Source: Bacteroidaceae bacterium (lineage in GTDB: Bacteria; Bacteroidota; Bacteroidia; Bacteroidales; Bacteroidaceae). Taken from it: 64,000 bases of DNA. The stretch is from the NCBI GenBank assembly GCA_017466325.1, contig JAFTUK010000007.1:11315-75314 (forward strand). The letters are read 5' to 3'. The notes beneath the pieces were generated by a model that was not told the DNA's origin, made no database searches, and saw only the letters and a program-made list of their open reading frames with translations. The position numbers were made by a program, and so were the translations under genes. The number at the start of each line of letters is the position of its first letter. Position 1 is the stretch's first letter. Positions 58,229-64,000 of the stretch are shown in pieces.

Positions 58229-59209
58229 CTATCTGCAATCTATGCTGGTCTTGATTCGGTTCCATGCTGCAGGGGACAAGTGGCTGCCTAAAACCTGAAC
58301 GGCCTCTGTTGCCAAAATGGTGCCGGTATGTAAGCATTTTTGCAACCTATGACCACGGGTAAGCGCATGCAGGAAACCTGCGGCAAAATAGTCGCCGGCC
58401 GCCGTTGTATCCACTACGTCCTCCACATACTCGGCACGGCACTTGTATATGCGTCCACCCTCCAGCATGGCAATGGAACCATGTTCGCCAAGCTTCACTA
58501 CGGCAAGGTCGCACAAATGTGCAATGTGTCTAACCTGTTCCAGAGAATCGAAACTTCCCGTGAAGGCACGTGCCTCGCCCTCGTTGGCAAAGACAATGTC
58601 GATATAGTCAGATATCAAGTGGTGGAAGTAGGTGCGGTTCTTGCTGACGACATTGAAGCTGGACAAGTCCAGGCTGAGGATAAGTCCTGCCTGCTTGGCC
58701 CTCTGGCATATAGCCTCGATGAGTTCCTGGTTCTGCACCAGATATCCTTCGATATGAAGCAGATCGTAACCGCGGAACATCTCTGCAGTGATGTCATTCG
58801 GTCCAAGATAGTAGGCAGCACCCAGCAATGTGCCGAAAGTACGGCTTCCACCGGGAGTGACAAAGGTGTGGGCAACACCTGTGGCCTCACGCCCCCTGAT
58901 TAGTTGAGTGTGTACACCTGCCTCATGCAACTTGCCCTCGAAGAAGTGCCCCATCTCGTCGTCACCTACGCGTCCGATATAACCAACCTCGCGCCCGAGA
59001 CGCGCCAAAGCCACCATGGTGTTGCTGATGCTTCCGCCGTTGGCCATACTCTTGTCCACGTTACGTGTCATGTCCTCTATCTCATGCTCCCAACGCTCGT
59101 TGATAAGGGTCATTGCATCCTTCTTCAAGTGTATCTCGCTCAAAAGGTGCTCGTCGTCCAAACGATACAAAATGTCTACCAACGCGTTGCCTATACCCAA
59201 TATTTTCAT
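58229..59209 (-). CDS. PfkB-family carbohydrate/nucleoside kinase
   Basis: ILGIGNALVDIL and DTTAAGDYFAAGFLHAL. Confidence 0.8.
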   Translation of the reverse strand: MKILGIGNALVDILYRLDDEHLLSEIHLKKDAMTLINERWEHEIEDMTRNVDKSMANGGSISNTMVALARLGREVGYIGRVGDDEMGHFFEGKLHEAGVHTQLIRGREATGVAHTFVTPGGSRTFGTLLGAAYYLGPNDITAEMFRGYDLLHIEGYLVQNQELIEAICQRAKQAGLILSLDLSSFNVVSKNRTYFHHLISDYIDIVFANEGEARAFTGSFDSLEQVRHIAHLCDLAVVKLGEHGSIAMLEGGRIYKCRAEYVEDVVDTTAAGDYFAAGFLHALTRGHRLQKCLHTGTILATEAVQVLGSHLSPAAWNRIKTSIDCR

Positions 59210-59303
59210 GCTGTTCCTTTATTTTTTTCTGCAAATATATTGTTTATTTCCGAAAAAACCTCTATCTTTGCACCGCAATTGAGAAAAAACGCTCAAAAAA
59301 GTT

Positions 59304-59377
59304 GCTTCAGTAGCTCAGTTGGTTAGAGCACATGACTGTTAATCATGGGGTCGTTGGTTCAAGCCCATCCTGAAGCG
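59304..59377 (+). tRNA. tRNA-Asn (GUU)
   Basis: Cloverleaf read by hand: acceptor gcttcag/ctgaagc, D arm gctc..gagc, anticodon loop ctGTTaa, T loop ttcaagc. Confidence 0.9.
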
Positions 59378-59415
59378 CAAAGACGAGAAAAAGGGCGTCG
59401 CTCAGTTGCAAAACT

Positions 59416-59489
59416 GCTTCAGTAGCTCAGTTGGTTAGAGCACATGACTGTTAATCATGGGGTCGTTGGTTCAAGCCCATCCTGAAGCG
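59416..59489 (+). tRNA. tRNA-Asn (GUU), identical tandem copy
   Basis: Same 74-nt sequence 112 bp downstream. It is followed by the hairpin atagcc..ggctat and attt. Confidence 0.9.
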
Positions 59490-59578
59490 CACGCAAGTGA
59501 TAGCCTGTCGGTAACGGCGGGCTATATTTGTTAAATGACGCGCGCACGCGAACGAATTATTAGGTACGGCGTAACAAA

Positions 59579-60274
59579 ATGGTTAACAAAGTAGAAGAGA
59601 TAATAAACAGTTTCCGTTCCATCCTTTTCCCAAAGTTCTATGGTGAAGGAGTGAGCGAAGAACTGCTATATGCCCAGATGTGCAGCATAATGGAGAAGGA
59701 GAAGGCTGCCCGTATGATAGAATACCTGCCCGAACTGAAGCACCAACTGGACATGGACGTGGAAGCCGCCTACAACGGAGACCCTGCAGCAGAATCCTAC
59801 GATGAGATAATATGTTGCTATCCTGTGATAAAGGCAATGATAAACTACCGCATAGCACATAGGATGCTGGAACTGGGAGTGCAACTGATACCCCGCATCA
59901 TCACGGAAAAGGCACACTCGGAAACAGGTATAGACATCCATCCTGCCGCCACCATAGGACACCACTTCACCATAGACCACGGTACCGGTGTGGTGATAGG
60001 CGCCACCTGCATCATAGGCAACAACGTGAAACTGTACCAGGGAGTGACCCTCGGAGCAAAGAGTTTCCCGTTGGACGAAAACGGACACCCCATAAAGGGT
60101 ATACCACGCCATCCCATATTGGAGGACGACGTGATAATCTACAGCAACTCCACCGTTCTGGGACGCATCACCATAGGCAAGGGCACGGTAATCGGAGGCA
60201 ACCTCTGGGTGACGGAGGGAACCAAGCCCGGAGAGAAACTGATGCAGGGCAACAATATCAGAAACAAGCAATAA
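59579..60274 (+). CDS. cysE: Serine O-acetyltransferase
   Basis: GIDIHPAATIGHHFTIDHGTGVVIGATCIIGNNVKLYQGVTLG (hexapeptide repeats). Confidence 0.8.
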   Translation: MVNKVEEIINSFRSILFPKFYGEGVSEELLYAQMCSIMEKEKAARMIEYLPELKHQLDMDVEAAYNGDPAAESYDEIICCYPVIKAMINYRIAHRMLELGVQLIPRIITEKAHSETGIDIHPAATIGHHFTIDHGTGVVIGATCIIGNNVKLYQGVTLGAKSFPLDENGHPIKGIPRHPILEDDVIIYSNSTVLGRITIGKGTVIGGNLWVTEGTKPGEKLMQGNNIRNKQ

Positions 60275-60285
60275 CAGACAAGATA

Positions 60286-61791
60286 ATGGAATTCGAACTA
60301 ATTGCCAAGACCTTTCAAGGCTTGGAAACAGTGTTGGCATCCGAACTCATAGACCTGGGAGCCAACAACATTCAGATAGGACGCCGCATGGTGTCCTTTA
60401 CGGGTAATAAGGAGACTATGTACCGTGCCAACTTCCAACTGCGCACTGCCATACGTGTCCTCAAACCCATCAGTCACTTCAAAGCAAAGACCGCCGACGA
60501 GGTATATGACGCCGTAAAACAGATAGACTGGACAGAGTATCTGAGCAACGACACCACCTTTGCCGTGGACAGCGTGGTTTTCAGCAACGAGTTCAAGCAC
60601 TCCAAATTCGTTGCCTACAAGGTGAAGGACGCTATCGTTGACCAGTTCCGTGAGAAGACCGGCAACCGTCCCAACATACGCATCATGAACCCCGACATCC
60701 AGTTGCACATCCACGTGGCAGAGTACGACTGCACACTGGCACTAGACAGTTCCGGCGAAAGCCTGCACCGTCGTGGCTACCGTCAGGAGGCTGTAGAAGC
60801 ACCGCTGAACGAGGTACTGGCAGCCGGCATTATCCTGCAGACAGGATGGCGCGGCGAATGCGACCTGATAGACCCCATGTGCGGCAGCGGCACCTTTGCC
60901 GTAGAGGCGGCACTGATAGCACGCGGCATTGCTCCTGGTGTGTTCCGCAAGGAATACGCTTTCGAAAAGTGGCCCGATTTCGATAAGGAACTTTTCGAAC
61001 GCATCTATGACGACGACAGCATGGAGCGTCCGTTCGAGCACCACATCTATGGCTATGACAACAACCGCCAGGCCGTGGAGATAGCCACACGCAATGTGAA
61101 GGCAGCAGGCCTGAGCAAGGAGGTTACGATTGCTTTCCAGGATTTCAAGGACTTCACCCAACCAAAGGAAAAGAGTATCATCGTCACCAACCCGCCGTAT
61201 GGAGAACGCATCTCCGCTCCCGACCTGCTGGGTTTGTACAAGATGATAGGAGAGAGATTCAAGCACCAGTTCGTTGGCGGAGACGCCTGGGTGCTGAGTT
61301 ACAGGGAGGAATGTTTCGAGGCCATCGGCCTGAAGCCCTCGCTGAGAACACCCCTCTACAACGGTTCTTTGGAGTGCGAGTTGCGCAAGTACCAGATTTT
61401 CGACGGCAAGTTCAACGACATGCGTGCCGGAGGCGGCGACATCAAGACCGCACAGGAACGCCGTCTTATGGCCGATCAAAAACGCTTCAAGCAGAAGCGC
61501 GACTTCAAGACCCGTCTGGGAGAAGAACCAGAGGAACGCCAACTGTCAGGCGACCGCAATTTCGGAAAGGGCAAATATGCTCGCGAAGATCGCAGGTTCG
61601 GCCGTGATGACAGAGGTTTTGGCCGCAAGGAGGAGGGCAGACATAGCGACGGTAGACGCGACGGTAAGTCCTTCGGCCGTGATTCAGAAGGCCGCAGGGG
61701 AAAGTCCGATGGCTACAAGTATGGAAAGAAGGACTTCAACAGGAAAAACAACAAATCATTCAATAAATTCCGTAGAGATGATGAAGACTAA
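60286..61791 (+). CDS. THUMP-domain class I SAM-dependent RNA methyltransferase with an Arg/Gly/Lys-rich C-terminal tail
   Basis: DPMCGSGTF and VTNPPYGERI. The last ~115 aa are low-complexity (RFGRDDRGFGRKEEGRHSDGRRDGKSFGRD..). Confidence 0.85.
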   Translation: MEFELIAKTFQGLETVLASELIDLGANNIQIGRRMVSFTGNKETMYRANFQLRTAIRVLKPISHFKAKTADEVYDAVKQIDWTEYLSNDTTFAVDSVVFSNEFKHSKFVAYKVKDAIVDQFREKTGNRPNIRIMNPDIQLHIHVAEYDCTLALDSSGESLHRRGYRQEAVEAPLNEVLAAGIILQTGWRGECDLIDPMCGSGTFAVEAALIARGIAPGVFRKEYAFEKWPDFDKELFERIYDDDSMERPFEHHIYGYDNNRQAVEIATRNVKAAGLSKEVTIAFQDFKDFTQPKEKSIIVTNPPYGERISAPDLLGLYKMIGERFKHQFVGGDAWVLSYREECFEAIGLKPSLRTPLYNGSLECELRKYQIFDGKFNDMRAGGGDIKTAQERRLMADQKRFKQKRDFKTRLGEEPEERQLSGDRNFGKGKYAREDRRFGRDDRGFGRKEEGRHSDGRRDGKSFGRDSEGRRGKSDGYKYGKKDFNRKNNKSFNKFRRDDED

Positions 61792-63982
61792 TCGTATCAA
61801 ACAGCTTTCGGTGAAGGCTTTGTTATCGTTTGTATTTTGCTTTATGTGTATAGCATCGGCATCAGCGCAGCAGAAGCAGTTCACTTTGGACGACCTGCTG
61901 GGTGGCGGCGAGAGTTATTGGAAATTGCGCCCCAAGAATGTCTACACCTCATGGTGGGGCAATATTGCGTTGAAGACTACCCCGGAGGGAGTCTATGACC
62001 TGAATACAGGCAAGGAGATTCTGACCGTGGAGCAGGTTAACAAGTGCCTGAACGAGAAGGTGGCATTCAGCGCCCACAGTTTTTCTTTCCCTCTTTCCGA
62101 GGAACCCGTGGTAATGTTCACCAAGGGTCAGCGCCGCATAATGCTGGACTTCCACGCATGTCGTGTACTTTACGACGTGACATTGCCCAAAGGTGCAGTT
62201 ACACGCGACTTTAACATCAAGAGCAGACAGACGGCATACACCATAGGAGGCAACCTGTATGTCTTTACCGCCAATTCCGACACACTGCAAATCAGCATGG
62301 ACGGCAGCACAGACGGCAGCGACAACATCGTGTACGGACAGAGCGTACACCGCGATGAGTTCGGTATCAGCGGTGGCACATTCTGGTCTCCTGACGGCAA
62401 GACCCTGGCATATTATCGCATGGATCAGAGCATGGTGCCCAGTTATCCTCAGGTGGACATCAAGTCCAATGGTCCTGCCGAAGGCGAGTCACGCATTGCA
62501 AAGACCTATTCATGCCACTATCCCATGGCCGGCGAGAAGAGCCATGTGGTGAAGGTTGGTGTGTACAACACCGAGACAAAAGAGAATATCTGGCTGGATC
62601 TCGTTGGCGAGAAGGATGACTATCACACCAACGTGACATGGGCTCCCGACGGCAAGAGCATCTACATCTTCGAATTGAACCGCGACCAGAACCACATGCG
62701 CCTTGTGCAGTACGATGCCCAGACAGGCAACGTAGTCCGCACCGTTCTGGAGGAAAAGCACGACAAGTATGTAGAACCTATGCATCCTCTGGCCTTCCTG
62801 CCATGGGACGACACCAAGGCCGTAATGCAGAGTCAGCGCGACGGCTACAACCACCTCTATCTTCTGGACTTGGAAAAGGACGAATTGAAGCAGATAACAA
62901 CGGGCAAATGGGTGGTGCAGCAGTTCGTTGGCTTCAACACCATGGCACGCCGCCTCATCTTCCGCAGCAACGAGGCCGATCCACGTAAATCATGCCTCTA
63001 TAGCGTGAAGGTTTCCGGTGGAAAACGTACTCCTTTGGGTGCTCAGGAGGGTGTCTGCTATCAGGCACAACTGAGCAAGAGCGGTGCTGCCGTAATATCT
63101 GCCTATACCGCACCTGATGTACCCAGAAGCATCAACCTGCTGTCCACCACAACTGGCAAGGGTTCCAACATCCTCACTGCCAAGGACACATGGAAGGAGA
63201 ACGGATACTGCATCCCCACCTTCAAGAGCGGAAGCATCAAGGCTGCCGACGGCATTACCGACCTCTACTACCGTATGGTATTGCCTGCCGACTTTGACGA
63301 GAAGAAGAAATACCCGACCATCGTCTATGTCTACGGCGGACCTCATGCACATCTGGTGGACGCTTCATGGCATTGGTCCAGCCGCGGTTGGGAAACCTAT
63401 ATGGCACAGAAGGGCTACATCGTCTTCATCCTCGACGGACGTGGCAGCGAATGGCGCGGCCGCGACTTCGAGCAGGCCACATTCCGCCAGTTGGGAACCG
63501 TTGAGTGCCAGGATCAGTACAAGGGTGTGGAGTACCTGATGTCACTGCCCTATGTGGACAAAGACCGCATGGGTGTACATGGCTGGAGTTTCGGCGGTTT
63601 CATGACCACTAACCTGATGCTCACTTTCCCCGACGTGTTCAAGGTGGGCGTGGCCGGAGGCCCCGTCATCGACTGGAACTACTACGAGGTGATGTACGGC
63701 GAGCGCTACATGGACACTCCCGAGCAGAACCCCGAGGGATACAAGAACAGCAACCTGCGTCTGCGTGCCGGCAACCTGAAGGGCCGCCTGCAACTTATCA
63801 TCGGTTACAACGACCCCGTATGCGTGCCGCAGCACACCCTCAGTTTCATCCGAGCCTGCATAGACGCCGGCACACAGTGCGACTACTTCCTCTACCCTGG
63901 TGGCGAGCACAACATGTACGGCAAGGATGCAGTGCACCTGCACGAGAGGATAACAAGATACTTTGAAGACTATTTGAAATAA
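61778..63982 (+). CDS. Dipeptidyl-peptidase IV-like S9 serine peptidase
   Basis: Start at MMKTNRIKQLSVKALLSFVFCFMCIASASAQQ (signal peptide). GWSFGG nucleophile elbow. The tracked upstream extension overlaps the methyltransferase. Confidence 0.85.
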   Translation: MMKTNRIKQLSVKALLSFVFCFMCIASASAQQKQFTLDDLLGGGESYWKLRPKNVYTSWWGNIALKTTPEGVYDLNTGKEILTVEQVNKCLNEKVAFSAHSFSFPLSEEPVVMFTKGQRRIMLDFHACRVLYDVTLPKGAVTRDFNIKSRQTAYTIGGNLYVFTANSDTLQISMDGSTDGSDNIVYGQSVHRDEFGISGGTFWSPDGKTLAYYRMDQSMVPSYPQVDIKSNGPAEGESRIAKTYSCHYPMAGEKSHVVKVGVYNTETKENIWLDLVGEKDDYHTNVTWAPDGKSIYIFELNRDQNHMRLVQYDAQTGNVVRTVLEEKHDKYVEPMHPLAFLPWDDTKAVMQSQRDGYNHLYLLDLEKDELKQITTGKWVVQQFVGFNTMARRLIFRSNEADPRKSCLYSVKVSGGKRTPLGAQEGVCYQAQLSKSGAAVISAYTAPDVPRSINLLSTTTGKGSNILTAKDTWKENGYCIPTFKSGSIKAADGITDLYYRMVLPADFDEKKKYPTIVYVYGGPHAHLVDASWHWSSRGWETYMAQKGYIVFILDGRGSEWRGRDFEQATFRQLGTVECQDQYKGVEYLMSLPYVDKDRMGVHGWSFGGFMTTNLMLTFPDVFKVGVAGGPVIDWNYYEVMYGERYMDTPEQNPEGYKNSNLRLRAGNLKGRLQLIIGYNDPVCVPQHTLSFIRACIDAGTQCDYFLYPGGEHNMYGKDAVHLHERITRYFEDYLK

Positions 63983-64000
63983 TCTATATTATGGAAAGAA

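Noticed and set aside
61424-61777. Upstream start for the DPP-IV-like peptidase
   Set aside because: The extension overlaps the methyltransferase tail in another frame. A canonical signal peptide begins at the MMKT start (61778).

Overview
This looks like a Bacteroidales-type (Prevotella-like) chromosomal segment. The taxon call is an inference from gene content (frdCAB, DUF4271-hemD-rnpA-yidD, YitT pair, four-helix-bundle gene) and TAnnTTTG -7 promoter boxes. No searches were run: every family call comes from motifs read in the ORF translations, and GC statements are by eye. Positions 1-24.4 kb are a mostly AT-rich, almost entirely minus-strand accessory region. It holds a partial recQ, a HIT/methyltransferase/HNH/XRE cluster, and a 775-aa/239-aa pair with an Mrr-like nuclease core. 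It also holds an MBL hydrolase coupled to a 1367-aa trypsin-like protease-NACHT/STAND protein, the best candidate for a new immune module. Further right come an ImmA/IrrE-DUF4411 pair (frameshifted), a frameshifted four-helix-bundle gene, a DUF4143 ATPase, and a tyrosine integrase next to a tRNA-Met-like 3' half that is probably attR. An IS982-like remnant and a five-gene orphan operon (OST-HTH/DUF3825-like) follow. Positions 24.4-64 kb are GC-richer core genes (metK to a DPP-IV-like peptidase). This core is interrupted by two AT-rich islets: an HsdR_N-like orphan plus a structured non-coding stretch, and an AAG-like/agmatine-deiminase-like fusion beside a second IS982 remnant. It is also peppered with two dispersed repeat families, one of which sits in frame inside polA. 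No CRISPR array or rRNA was seen.
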